From NCBI GenBank assembly GCA_965235115.1, contig OZ249438.1, forward strand, positions 19,282,001-19,346,000: 64,000 nucleotides of DNA. The letters run 5' to 3'. Of the stretch, positions 12,901-27,400 are shown one piece after another (within the stretch, counting starts at the first letter, position 1; each line of letters begins with the position of its first letter). The position numbers and the translations under genes are program-made. A model generated the notes under the pieces. That model did no database searches. It was given only the letters and a program-made list of their open reading frames with translations, and had not been told where the DNA came from. Origin of the DNA: Laetmonice hystrix. Lineage: Eukaryota.

Positions 12901-15443
12901 TATTGATATTTTCTAGACTCTGACTATGAGGAGAGTGCTGGCAGTGATGATAGTGCCACGGAAGATGAGTCCAAAATGGAGCCTGAACATCCTGCCAATA
13001 GATTTGCCTATGACACTGATGAAGAAATGTGAGCCGAATACATTTAACAATGATTTTAGTTTCAGTATGAATGTCAAAGTTTAGGCAGTAGAAAAGACAT
13101 TCTATTATTTATATTCCGATTGAAGAAATTCGGTGAGATTCAGTGCTGTTCTTCTTGTATTTTTGAAAAAAATGTTTGAGATATATTGTAATTAATGTCA
13201 TAATATTTGAAATATCCTGGAGAAAGGTTGGGTCACGTCTTTGATCTAAAACTCTGCTGATGTCACAAAATGTTTGATGAAATGTTTTGTAGGAGAAACC
13301 AAACCCATGCTGAAGCAGTGGGCAGCAGCAAGGCCTACATAACACTATCTCCAAGCGAGTCTGAGATAAAGAATGGCATTAAGAATATTGTATATGGTTT
13401 TCAGCACATAGTGGGTATGTACAGGGCTTACAGAACCATAATACATGTATATGTACATGTGTATGCATACGAAATTAGGTGGATAGCACTAAAAGAAAAA
13501 CCATTTATTAAAAGTAATTTTAATCATCATTACACTAGAAAATGGCATACCATTGTTTTTGTCAAGGCTTTTGAAAAAAAAACCAAGTAGCCCTATGTAT
13601 TGTCCCATTCAGGCCAAGTAGCAAGCCTCCTGAAAGAACCAAGGTTAGAGGCGTTCTACATGCCACCTAAATATGACCTCAAGTTGAACTTTGACCTTGA
13701 ACTGCGGGAGGAACAGCGTGAGGATGAGGCCCCGTGGCCTGATACAGAGAACCTGTTTGGAGAGGATCCAGAGTATCAGAACCTTGTCAAAGACATCAGT
13801 GATACCATCTCTGCAGCCATCGAGGAGGTGTACGAGTATACACATGTGAGGCAGTGTCTTTATCATCAGAACTAGTTGTCTTTTTTTTTTAATCTTTAAA
13901 TAATTTAGGGGCACTGTATTTTGTCGTATTGCAATTCATTTTATATTATATTCAGGGTAGAAGAGGGATATGGTAATGGCTTTGCCTTAGGCATCATTTT
14001 CTAGCATTCAATATCATGGATATATCACAAAACCGTTTTAAAGACACTGCCACATTGAATCATTGTATTATTGCCCCAAACTGAACAGGATTTCATGCAG
14101 TACGCAGTGATGGTTGACCAGGCACGTAAGGTCGATGTGGAGGCCTCTATGGCCAAGAAGCAGTGGTCAACAGAAGAATTCCAGCATGTACTTGCTGTGC
14201 ACACTGAACAGGTATACTGAATATTTTAAATATTTTTCCACAAACTTTCATGCATATTTTCCTGCTCTTTTGATTTGTGCAGTCTGTAAAACACTAACAG
14301 TGATGATGATGGTTTATGCAGGTTGTTCAAATGAACGGTATGGTGAAGACAATGAGGCTTGGCCTCATTCATGTTGACACAGAGGGATTCTGTCAGTCCT
14401 CACTGCCATACCCCAACCACGTTCTCGAGGCAGTGTTTGCCAAACTCCCTGTCACTGCAGCCAAGAGGAATGAAGATCTCCTAACCATCATCAAGGTATG
14501 CATGAAAACCATTCAGCAGTGTGACAAGTCTGATTTCTGGTTTTATTAATTTCTTGACCCTTTCTGATAAATATCACATAAGACAGAGAACCATACTTTT
14601 TGTTGCCTACCTAGGGTGCCTCCAAGAAGCTGGACAAGTTCCCGGCATCTGTTGAGGAGTTTGTGGATCATTTGTCCTTCCTGGGTAAGATGGCTTCTGA
14701 GATGCCAGCTTTGGAGCGCGAGTATGCAATTGTGACCAAACTGTACACCATCGCTAAGGACTACGAGCAGCTAACCATCCACCCAGAGGAACTGGCTTTG
14801 TACCAGACGTTGGCACCAAGCTTCCAACATCTCAAGGTATGGCCACCAATTTAAGAGCAGTAATTGCAGGTGAAGCCGTTTATAGCCTAGTCCATGTTAC
14901 TTATTGACCATGTATTTGGGGAGACAATTCAGATGCCCATTATAGTTTGAGGTAGATTGACAAGCATGAGCATTGATTCCATGCAGTTTTTGTTGTTTCT
15001 GGTTATAATACCATCCAAGTGACGTAGGATGTAATAAGATTTAGGATATATTTCATTGTGAAAGAAGCTGTACAATAAAGCTGGGTTTCCTGTATGATAG
15101 GAATTCATATAACCTAATTCTGTGTAAGGAAGCCTCACTGTGGTTACTTCTCTCCCTAGACAACCATACTATATGCAGAAGCTAAAAAGGACGACAACAT
15201 TCGCAAGTTCAGCTCCGACCTCGACCGACTCATCCACGACATTCGCTTCAAGATTCTCGAGATTAAGAGTCGGGTCCAAGATCCAATCTTACTGCATGGA
15301 GACACGATGGCTGTGGTGGCACTAGAGAAGATAGTCAACATGACGGAGGATGTCACCACACTCTCCACTAAGGCACGATCATATGCAAACTACCAGGAGC
15401 GATTCGGTAGCTCGCTGACAAGCACCAAGAAGAACTTCTCTGA
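3987..15443 (+). CDS. Dynein heavy chain exons 1-19: N-terminal tail
   Basis: Exons approx 3987-4331, 4588-4751 (donor uncertain), 4921-5326, 5921-6085, 8599-8714, 8917-8979, 9378-9645, 9982-10162, 10513-10700, 10833-10933, 12316-12472, 12580-12784, 12917-13028, 13293-13414, 13613-13845, 14089-14211, 14322-14495, 14615-14836, 15160-15443. Peptides include [31 protein letters not shown] and [15 protein letters not shown]. The first three exons are low-complexity and the start codon is inferred. Confidence 0.75.
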
Positions 15444-18400
15444 GTGAGTACAGTTTTATTAAACGTCTCTTGGAATCACAATATCCAATACATACTATTT
15501 TTTTCCTGCTGATAGATTTATATGATGTTGATGATACTGGTAACAACTTTGTAATTGATTGGACTTTGTTTTTGCAAGGCATTGCAAACCAACCAAAATG
15601 AGTGCTTTAATGACAAGGAAAAAAATCAAAACACATGTTTGTATAGGATTAGATTTTCACGAGAATGAGAAGTTTGTGTTAAAATTAAGTGATGTGGATA
15701 GTTTGATTTACTCTGACATGGTACAGTCAACTTTGTCCAGAGGAACGGAAGTACTGGTGAGTGATGACTTCATTAAATCCAGGACAAGGTTGCTGCTGCC
15801 TTAGAGAAAGCCATGGCCACTACCTCAGCTTAAGTTGACAAGAATACAAATTGTCCAGTATGAATGTTTACCTGTTCTGTTAGCTGTTTGTTGTTGGTGA
15901 CATCAACAAGTTATTGTATGCTGAAAGGAAAGGAAACATTGCAGGAGTCAATAGTGTGACATACACCAAAGTTATCATCTGTTAAAGTCTCAATACTTGG
16001 TCAGACCGTTCGGGTCATAACTCTAAACCCATACTTCTTTTGTCATTGTGAGTGAAAGTCCAGCAATAAGCTTAGTCGTCCGGTATATAGTATTTACCTA
16101 GGTTAGGTAATTATGGTCCAGAGCTTCCCAATATGCTTTGTATGATCTACGGTAGGTGGATCCCATATTTTAGTCTCAACAGTATTCTTATTAGATATGG
16201 TTTGGTTGCTTGAGAAAATATGAAAGTAGATCAGATGTACGTTTTGGTACATTACAGACTATTTTTAAGACAATTATATTAGCCCCCCCCCCTAGAAAGG
16301 TTTCTTCCTTAGTGTAATTGTACATGATTACAAAACCTTTACAATTTGTACCCACCTAGGCTAGGTTTCATCGCTCAACATTTCTCTGTGTGTCTTCAAA
16401 GGGAATTCCTGCTGATGGATCGCAAAGAATCAGACAACAGTGCTCAGGACATCCAGGCTGATCTGTCTGAGATTGAGCGTGACCTGACACTGCGCCGTCT
16501 CTTGTGGGAGTCACAGGAGGAGTGGGAACAGCTCGACCACAACTGGACCACCAGTCCATTCGATGCGCTCAATGTGGACAACCTGCAGAAGAATGTAAAT
16601 CGGTTCACACAGACTGTCTACATGCTGGAGAAAGGTCAGTGATTAACTTGTATTGTGTGACCATGAAACCTTTGACATCATCCTTGGCAGGTTTATGGCC
16701 CGTTGAGACACAAGAAGATCATTTTGAGAAATATTCCCTCTTAAGACAGAAATGAAGGCTGTATTTGATTTTGATGTTGTCCTGTGTCCCTTGCTGTCAG
16801 GCCTGCCGGGTAATGAAGTGGTGCCTCGTCTCAAGGAGACGGTAACAGACTTCAAGCAGGTTATGCCATGTGTGACCAGCCTCCGTAATCCGTCCCTCAA
16901 GGCTCGTCACTGGGAGCAGATAGAGCGTATCATTGGACGTGCCATTGTCAGGGAAAAGAGTTTCACTCTTGGCAACCTGCTTGAGATGAATGTAAGTTCT
17001 GAATCAGAAGGAATTTGGTCTTCCAGTTGTAATACTTCACAACTATCAGACGAGTATTACGACTACTTCCCTGGACATAACAATGGCTAAAAATAAGTTG
17101 TTTTGGCAATAGGAAAAAAAGCATCGTATTGTTTCCTAGACCCTCAAATGTTGTGTGTAGTGCATTTCGACAGCTGTGTCCACCTGCAGTGTAGCTGTGA
17201 TTTGTGGCCTAGTAGAGTGATTTTGTAGGGTGTTTGTGGCAAGTACTCTCCTATCATAGTACTGCAGTGGCTCATAATTTTACCATTAGTGGTGTGTGCA
17301 TAGCTGTATAGCTGGGTTATAGCTCTCAGAGTATTGTACCCAACATATGGAGACTCCTGCTTGATTTGTTGATAGATCATCAAGCATAAAGACAAGATAC
17401 AAGACATCTCTACAACAGCCTCCAATGAAGCCACCCTGGAGCGTATGCTTCAGAAGGTCATCGACCTTTGGAAGGCCACTGATTTCCGTTTGGTACCACA
17501 TACGGGCACAAACATGTTTATAGTGGCGGGAGCTGACGATATTCTCGCACAGCTGGAGGAGAGTCAAGTAACCATAGGAACCATCCGCGGATCGCGATAT
17601 GTGACACCCATCAAGGTTGGTAGTCTTTTGTTAGGTGAAAGTCTTCATCACAAAGTTGTAAGGCTCAGGCAGACTGCATAACTGATGTCTGCCGTCATGC
17701 AGGGTCTCGTGGAGGAGTGGGAGCGGAAGTTGCAGCAGTTTGCTCGGACGCTGGACGAGTGGATGACTTGTCAGCGTAACTGGCTCTACCTGGAGCAGAT
17801 CTTCACCACACCTGACATTCAAAGGTAATCAAGTCAAGCTTTATTCCCATCCTTCAGTGGAGCTGGTTCTAGCTGATGCAGAGCTTGTGTTTCCAGTCTT
17901 ATCTGGATTGGACATGATTTGATTTTCAAGTTTGTGTAATTGCATGGGGTTGCAGGCAGCTGCCGACTGAGTGGAAGCTGTTTGGTCAGGTCGACAAGGC
18001 GTGGAAGGACATCATGAGGAGAACAGAAGACCGCCCCAATGCCTTGCGATCTGCCACTGCTCCGGGCGTCCTCGAGATGCTCCAGTCAGCAAACTCAAAC
18101 TTGGAGAAGATACAAAAATGTCTGGAGGTAATGTTGTGATTTGGTTTTACAAACATTTAGATGTTTGAAGTTAATCATCCTGTTTGACACGTTTCATCGT
18201 CGGGCTCTATAATTTAGAAACTGTTTCTTTCTGATTGATAGGATTACTTGGAGATGAAACGGCTAGCCTTTGCAAGGTTTTACTTCTTGAGTAACGACGA
18301 GCTGCTCGACATTCTAGCTCAGTCCAAGAACCCTGAAGCTGTTCAGGTAAACCTGTAAACTAACAATTTTGTTTACATGTACTTGTAACTTTAACCACAA

Positions 18401-21400
18401 CAACCTTAGCTTAAGTTTCACCTTGACCTTGCACCATCCTGTCAGCTTCTACCACTGCAATGATTGTTGAAAGAATATAGACGTCATGATAAACCAGGTT
18501 TTCTTTCCAGCCACATCTTGGAAAATGTTTTGGCAATATCAAATCTCTTGAGATTAAACAGTTGCCACGACAACCACCCACAGTGCGGTCAATCACTTCA
18601 GCAGAGGGCGAGTCCATAGGTATGCCAAAGTAAGTGTGTATCCTTCACTCCTGTCCTGTGCTGTGTGTGGATCTGATGACAATGTGGTGGACTGTCAATA
18701 TATTGTCATGGACGTGAGATTACCTTTAAGTTTTGTAGTGATTCCCATTGTGAAAGATAGACAAGTTGTGTGTAAGGAATGATAGTGGTACACCACTGAA
18801 TTTGTTGTGAATTTTGTAGGAATGTTCGAGCTCGAGGTCTTGTGGAGGCATGGCTTGGAAGCGTTGAGAATGGCATGTTTGACACCGTCAAAAAGTAAGG
18901 TTTTAATGACATATGAACGCCTGTCTGATAACAATCCACTTTTTCTTTCTGAAGGTCCCGCGTGATTTGAAATGAAAGCAATTGAGTTTGCTGACTGAGT
19001 TTTGTTTGTGATAGGCACCTAAAGATGGGTCTGCAGGACTGGGTGGGAATAGAGCTGGATGAGTGGGTCCTCCGTCATCCAGGCCAAGTTGTTCTCACAG
19101 TGGTAGGTACCACAGAACTGGGCATTGTTTTAACTTTCAAAATTTTCTCACTGCTGTGATTATAATATTAATGATATTGTTATACTACAGTACTTTTCTC
19201 TAATGTTAGATACCGCCACAGACCCGAGCCTGACTGATGAAATAGTTTTGATTCACATATATGGTACTTTTCAAATTGCAGTCCCAGATCATGTTTAATA
19301 AGATGGTTGGTCAATGTTTCAACCACTCCAACCCACTGATACACATCGCCAAGGTCAGAGATAAGGTATATACTCCATTATAACCTTGTCCTCTTCAGGT
19401 CATTCATAATTAATCATTTCAGGGGTAAAAACATTGAATAGATTCCATCAATTTTTGAGTGTTTTGAATGTATATTATTAAAATGAAATGTTTTCAGATG
19501 GTGGAAACCCTGAATCTGTTGGCTGGTCTGGTCTCAGCCAACCTTGTGCCTCACAAGAGGATGAGCATCAACGCCCTCCTCACAATCAACGTCCACAACC
19601 GTGACATCCTCATCTCCATGATCGATAACAACATCTCCCGCAAGGATGACTTTGAGTGGACAAGGTCAGACTTCCACTGTAAACGATGCCCAAGTTATCT
19701 TCATGACAACTGATATGGTTTCATGCCAGTAATAACCTTTATTAACCAGTCCACCATGCACTAAATGTGGTGTTTTCTATGTTGTACAGACAGCTGCGTT
19801 ACGAGTGGGACGAGCAGTCAAACAACTGTAACGTGCTGCAGTCGAATGCCTGCTTTGTGTATGGCTATGAGTACTTGGGCTGTTCACCAAGGCTGGTCAT
19901 CACTCCACTGACTGACCGCTGCTACCTGACACTGACCGGGGCTCTTCATCTCCACCTAGGTGGATCTCCGGCAGGCCCCGCTGGCACTGGCAAAACTGAG
20001 ACAGTCAAGGATCTTGCCAAGGTTCTGTTAGATTGTAAACAAAACTGCTGTGTGGCCTGTGATTAGATTGCTTGTAGAAAGTCATTGTTTTAATCGTTAT
20101 ATGAGATTATGTTATTTCCCAATGTTTCAGGCTGTTGGCAAGCAGTGTGTTGTCTTCAACTGCTCAGAGGGCCTTGATTTCAAGGTAAATGCGCTTAAAA
20201 ATTTAGTGGAAAAATGAAACGAAATGGGAGGAAAGAAAGAGGCTGAGAGGTCTATCCTTAATATTCTTCAACACATGTTTCGTGTTGAGCTGGGTTTCCT
20301 GGTATCTAGAGTAATGTGGAGTCATCCCAGGGACGTATGTTAGTGCTAGTACTCTGGGGTGCTAAGTATTTCAGATGGTCTCTTTTATTTCAATGTATCC
20401 GTCCATTTTTATAGACGCTGGGCAAGTTTTTCTCGGGTTTGGCACAGTCAGGAAGCTGGTGCTGCTTTGATGAGTTTAACCGTATTGACCTGGAAGTCCT
20501 ATCCGTGGTTGCCCAACAGATCCACACGATCAAGGCTGCCAAGGACCAGCGAGTCCCTAGGTAACACCCTGGCAATAACCCCTGAGAATTGTTCAGAGTT
20601 AAAGGCAAAATGGCTCATGTGCATTGTCGGCAGGCTTTAATATAATACCCTTTTGTTTCCTGCACGAACGAATTTACATACGGGTGAATGAAGACTCTGC
20701 CATAGACATTTAGTCTGCTGTAAGGATTTGAAGACTAAGATAGTGAAGTAATTTCGTGTGATCATCTTTTGGAAGTCTGTTTTCGATTTTACTTTGACAG
20801 GTTTTTGTTTGATGGCCATGACATACGACTGAACATGACTTGTGGAGTCTTCATTACAATGAATCCAAGGTAAGGGAATGTTTTCATCACACAAACAGAA
20901 CTCTCACATACACATCTCTCTATGGGTGTCTAACATCTCTAATAATGGAATCATACTGACCTTGAGTTTCTATCATTTCCCACAGTTACGCCGGCCGAGT
21001 GGAGCTCCCTGACAACCTCAAGTCCCTGTTCCGTCAAGTAGCCATGATGGTCCCCGACTATGCTCTCATTGCTGAGATTATGCTATTCTCTGAGGGATTC
21101 ACCACTGCCAAGTCTCTCTCCACCAAGATCGTTAACCTCTATCAACTGGCCAGCAAGCAACTCTCACAGCAGGTAACATCCAGCTCTTCATCCTTTAATT
21201 TCTATGAATTTAAAATTAGTTCTTCACTGAGCTGATAGAAATACAGTTATAAGATGTTTAGGTAGAACAGTACAAGGAATGGCTGCCATGTGTTCATACC
21301 TTCCAATACCTGAGACGGGCATCAAAGGTAAGGATGTACAATGTGAGTATCTCAGTATGATGTGGTATAATAAGGAGATGTAGTGAGGATGCCAGAGATA

Positions 21401-24400
21401 CTATATGCTGACTTGTCTCCCCTCAGGACCACTATGACTTTGGAATGCGGGCTATCAAGTCTGTCCTCGTCATGGCAGGACAAAGGAAAAGACTTGTCAA
21501 GTTTAGGTAAAATATCCTTTCACTATCTTTCTTAACAATCTTTGTCTCTATTGCATACTGTCAGGTGGGAGCTATGGTATCAAAGTTTTAACCCTTAACC
21601 CTTGATATGGTGACCCCCATAGTGTGTTTTTTTAGTGAGGAGCTGAGCCCGGAGGAGAGGCAGGAGGCGGAGTGTCACATATTGATCCACGCCCTCCGTG
21701 ACGCCAACATGCCCAAGTTTATCGCTGAGGACGTACCCTTGTTCCGTAGTATCCTGGAGGACCTCTTCCCTGGGATCAAACCTCCGCAGCAGGACCAGGG
21801 GGTCCTCGAGGTAATCATGACGACTTTCTATCCTCCTCACCTATTATCTGTAGAAATGTTAACAGACATTTGATTTCTATATGTGAATGTCCCATCACAG
21901 AAAGCCATCTCGATGGCAATTCGTGACCAGGGCCTGCAGCACTGGCCGAGTCAGATGGAGAAAGTCAAACAACTCCACAGTCAGATCCTGGTACGTCACG
22001 GCGTCATGCTGGTCGGCCCCACTGGTGGAGGTAAGACCACCGCCAGAAACATCCTACAGAGGGCGCTGGTCTTATTGCCTTCACTCTCACTGGAGGAAGA
22101 CGATATTCTAGCGGACCTAGGGCCACGCAAACCAAGTTTAAGTTTTGTAAGTCACACTTTTATTTTTCCTTTGAGAAAAGACGTTTTCTGCCTGAGACTA
22201 ATGAGATATACTTACTGCACTGCGATATACTATACATATGGCTGAGACAGCATTGTGTGTTATGTGTTCTTGGATTTTTTCGCAGCATAACCGTGGGAAG
22301 AAAGGCCATGTGGACACGTTCACGGTGAACCCTAAGTGTGTCAGTATGGGTGAACTGTATGGAGAGACAGACCCGAACACGTTTGAGTGGAGTGATGGTC
22401 TCATCTCCACAGCAACTCGAAGGTTTGCCCGCCAGATGGCAGCCCTGTCTCCTGACGACTCCATTGCCAGTCGGCCTGCCAGTGGAGGCACGGCTATCTC
22501 TGTGAGTTTCAAGTTTAAGTTTAGCAAATGATATTTTATTACAAAGCACAAAACGTTGAAATGACACACTTTGTTTAATTCCAAGGCTGTGACTGGAGTG
22601 ACAGGGATGACAACTCCGACACATAGTAGTGCGAGTCCTGCCCCGCCATCTGATATTGGTGATACACAGAGTGACATTGGGTCAACAGCCTACGGGGACA
22701 CGTCAGTAGTGGGCGAGGGGCGTGACGATGGTATCCCGACTGATTGGAAGTGGATTATCCTGGACGGCCCGGTCGATACGATATGGGTGGAGAACCTGAA
22801 CACAGTGTTGGACGACTCCAAGATCCTGTGTTTGGCCAACGGAGAGCGCGTCTCACTTACTCCAGGCATGAGGCTCATGTTTGAAGTGGATGACTTGTCT
22901 GCGGCCAGTCCTGCCACCATCTCTCGCTGCGCCATGGTCTACATGGTACGGCCCGCTCTATTCATGCCTTTTTACCATGAGAAAACACAATTTGCCACTT
23001 TAACTTCTATAAGGACAACCCCTAAAATAAATTCAAACAGATTTTTTTACATCAAGGCTGATGTATTTTTATCCAAAGGATCCGGTTGACCTAGGCTGGC
23101 GTCCATATGTGCGTACCTGGTTGTCCCGGTTACCACGGGATATCCCAGAGACTGGGCGGTCCCATTTACAGGCGCTGTTTGAACACAGCCTTGAGCGTGG
23201 ACTCAACTTTGTCAGGACACATAGCAAACTGCAAGTGTTACCAACTCCAGACATGGCCATCATTATGTGTCTCTGCAACATTCTCACCGCATTCTTTGAC
23301 TTTCTCTCTAAGAATGGAGGTTTTGGGAAACCAGGTGAGTTCCTTACTTCAAACACGGATCAGAGGCCTATGTTATATATTGCTATATTTGAGATGTTTG
23401 TGATCTTTGAGTACTGGTAGAAGGGTATCATCCTGATCGTGTAGATAAGGCTTAATGTGATAATATTCCTACACAGATAGCAAGCCCCACGGCCGACCAC
23501 AGAGTCCTGACAGTGAGTCGAGTCCGTCTAGAGGTTCCTCAAGGCCAGGAAGTCGCACGGACCGCACCTCCCGCATCAAGAAGAAACAGGTCAAACGTCG
23601 GGATGCACGCATGAAGGAGGAGATGCAATCAGTAGCAGACAAAGTGGCCAAGCAAACTAAGTGAGGACACTTTGCAGAATATTTCTCCTGAACTAAGCTT
23701 TTACATAAACTGATCTTTTTTCTTCGTCTAGACAACCAGGTACTAACGAGCAAAAAGGGGAACCATCGTCCTTTTGGCTTTTTGTGCTTGCTTTTTTTCA
23801 CAAAAAATATACTTAGAGGCAAACAAAATGCAATGTGAAGATGTTCTAACACTAAAGGAAATAGCACAAAGTTTAAAAGTCTTGACGAAAGGCTGCCTGT
23901 TTTTTCCAGGACCCAAGAGGGCAGTAAGCAGTACTTCCTCCAGCGGAACCCTGGATCCCTCCCTGTACTCCTCGGGAAACTCTTTGTCTTTGGCTTTACC
24001 TGGAGTTTTGGTGGAAACTTCCGACGTCAGGACGAGATGGAGGACGATGGTGGAATCAGTAGGAAGGGTGCTGACCGCCGGGAAACTCCGGACATTGATA
24101 TAGCAACAGAGTTTGACAACTTCGTCCATGAACTATTTGAAATTGAACCACCACTGGGTATTAGAATTTTATGTTTCATTACTAGGACGAATATCTTTTA
24201 TTGTAGAATTCAGCTCAGAAGTAGAATTTCAGAGTTAAGCTAAGCTATTCCTACACAGAAGGTCTGATTTATTGTGTAAGCAATCAACAAATATGAACTT
24301 GTTTCAGGTGTGCGAATGCCTGCCTCCAGCCGAACCATTTACAGCTACTTTGTGGACATGGACTCCGGTAACTTTCTGCCGTGGGAAATGCTTGTCTCCA

Positions 24401-27400
24401 ACACACAGTCCCTGATTGAGAAAGGAGCTGTGATAACTATTGGGGAGTCAATGGGCGTGTCCTCGGGTGAGGCACAGTCCAAGTCCCAGGAGGGGGACAT
24501 CGTACCAACTGTGGACACCGTCCGTTACTCGTTCCTCAGTGCCCTCCTCTTACTCAATAAAAACCCAGTCTTACTCACAGGTCAGTCAAACACCCGTCAG
24601 CGCAGGTGTTACAGACTAACTATAGCCGTAGCTACCTGACTATCATTTTAATAAGGGAACTCTTTCAAGATTAAGCTGGAGGAAGGAAAGGATAACTTGG
24701 AATTCATTAAATATAGAACAAGTATCACCGTTTTCTGGTTAAGTGACATTCAGTTTTCTGATATCTTCCATCAGGAGAGTCTGGTGTTGGTAAGAGTGCA
24801 ATCATCAAGGACATGTTGAAACGCCTGGAGAAAGATGGAGGCACGACCTTCAAAAACGGCACCATCCTCGGCAGTATCTTCAACTTTACAGACAAAAACC
24901 AGACATTGCTTGACAACATCTCGTCGTTAACTCGCCTTAGTGGGGCTGTGGAGGGTAAGTCATTGTCTTTAGAATGACAACAACCATCGTTAACTCACCG
25001 TGGTGGGGCTGTGGAGGGTAAGTCATTGTCTTTAGAATGACAACAACCATCGTTAACTCACCGTGGTGGGGCTGTGGAGGGTAAGTCATCGTCTTTAGAA
25101 CGACAACAACCGTCGTTAACTCACCGTGGTGGGGCTGTGGAGGGTAAGTCATCGTCTTTAGAACGACAACAACCATCTTTAACTCACCGTGGTGGGGCTG
25201 TGGAGGGTAAGTCATCGTCTTTAGAACGACAACAACCATCATTAACTAACTGTGGTGGGGCTGTGGAGGGTAAGTCATCGTCTTTAGAACGACAACAACC
25301 GTCGTTAACTCACCGTGGTGGGGCTGTGGAGGGTAAGTCATCGTCTTTAGAACGACAACAACCATCATTAACTAACTGTGGTGGGGCTGTGGAGGGTAAG
25401 TCATCGTCTTTAGAACGACAACAACCATCGTTAACTCACCGTGGTGGGGCTGTGGAGGGTAAGTCATCGTCTTTAGAACGACAACAACCATCGTTAACTC
25501 ACCGTGGTGGGGCTGTGGAGGGTAAGTCATCGTCTTTAGAACGACAACAACCATCGTTAACTCCCCGTGGTGGGGTTGTGGAGGGTAAGTCATCGTCTTT
25601 AGAACGACAACAACCATCGTTAACTCACCGTGGTGGGGCTGTGGAGGGTAAGTCATCGTCTTTAGAACGACAACCATCGTTAACTCACGGTGGAGGTGGG
25701 GCTGTGGAGGGTAAGTCATCGTCTTTAGAACGACAACAACCATCGTTAACTCGCCTTAGTGGGGCTGTGGAGGGTAAGTCATCGTCTTTAGAACGACAAC
25801 AGCCATCGTTAACTCACCGTGGTGGGGCTGTGGAGGGTAAGTCATTGTCTTTAGAATGACAACAGCCATCGTTAACTCACCGTGGTGGGGCTGTGGAGGG
25901 TAAGTCATCGTCTTTAGAACGACAACAACCATCGTTAAATCGCTTGGGTGGGGCTGTGGAGGGTAAGTCCATTGTTTACAATATATAAGACAGTGATTGA
26001 TACTGTCGCTGAGAGACACAAGATGACAGTTTTAAAGATGATGTTGTTACTATTATCAGAGGGAGACAAGGGCCTGGAATCCCTGCTGGGGCTGGCCCGG
26101 GTCAAACCAGTCATTGGGGTGGTGAGTTCTACCCTCCAGTTCTCGGCCCAGACCACAGCACAGCGCACGCAGCTTGCACTCACTCACAAACTCATCAAGA
26201 AGGGCAGACACACCCTCGCTGCACCAAAGGCGAAGAAGGTCAGCACGTCTACAACAGGCATCCATTTATTTAGTGTCTATTTTCCTCATCTCTCCAACCT
26301 CAACTTGAACAACTCTAACTCCTGAAGGTGTTCATAAATAATTGATGTATTGGAAATTATTATTTTTCTGTCACCCAGAAACTGAAGCAGGATTAAACCT
26401 ATGCTGGGATTATGCTGACTGTGTCTTGCTGTTCTTACAGGTCGTGGTGTTTGTGGATGACCTCAATATGCCCCAACCTGAAACATACGGAGCACAACCA
26501 CCACTTGAACTTCTCCGGCAGTTCATGGACCTGGGTGGCTTCTACGATACGAAAAAACTCATGTGGAAGGTCAGTGTTACGACATCCTGGTGAAACCTGA
26601 AACCTCTCATAAACCAACGGACCAAAAATGTATTCTCTCGGTGAGGCTATACCTATACGTTCTGACAGGGTGTGAACTCTCACTTAATCTGCCTCTTTCC
26701 CTGACGCGTTCTATACAGGATATCCTGGACGTGACAGTGATTGGGGCCTGTGGACCACCAGGGGGTGGGCGTAACTTGGTCAGTCCAAGACTCCTCAAAC
26801 ACTTCTGGTGAGTTTCCACTTATTGGTTCACGTATCTCGCTCAGATGTTCGCTGTGACTGCACTGAAATGGTGCAGACTGTTTGTAATATAAAAACTATG
26901 GATGTGCGCTAAGTTTACAGTAAAAAGAGGTGTGTGATTCAAATAGATTTAACTATTTGAATGAACTATGAAAATGTTTCTAAATCCAATCCGACCACCA
27001 CTATTTGTTCAAGTTTGTTTAAGAAGTGGATTGAATTAATATGTGATCTATCATAAAGTTTGTGGCCCAGTGACTTGGTAAGTTACAGATTTGGAACTCC
27101 TTTGAATGCGGTTCATTATCACTGTAGACGTAGACTTTATATAATTGGCCTAAATGCCTGCATCATCGGAATATTTCTAGTCAGATGTCATATGATGTGA
27201 TTTCTATTGTGAATGTTTTCGAGCACATATGCTATTACAGTACCCCACTTTTCAACTTTTCATCACTGTTTTGTTTGTCCGGTGAGCATGATTGTACTTT
27301 ATGTACTTTAAACCATCGTATTGTTACATTATTTCTGCTAACTTGTGAGATCTTTTTCTACGTTTTACGTAGCAGATTTATGAATGTCTTCCTGATGATG

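Noticed and set aside
25074-26019. 261-aa repetitive ORF and its antisense MVVVVLKT... ORFs as stand-alone genes
   Set aside because: They are translations of the 63-bp intronic minisatellite; direct read-through from the dynein exon is stopped by TGA in the first unit.
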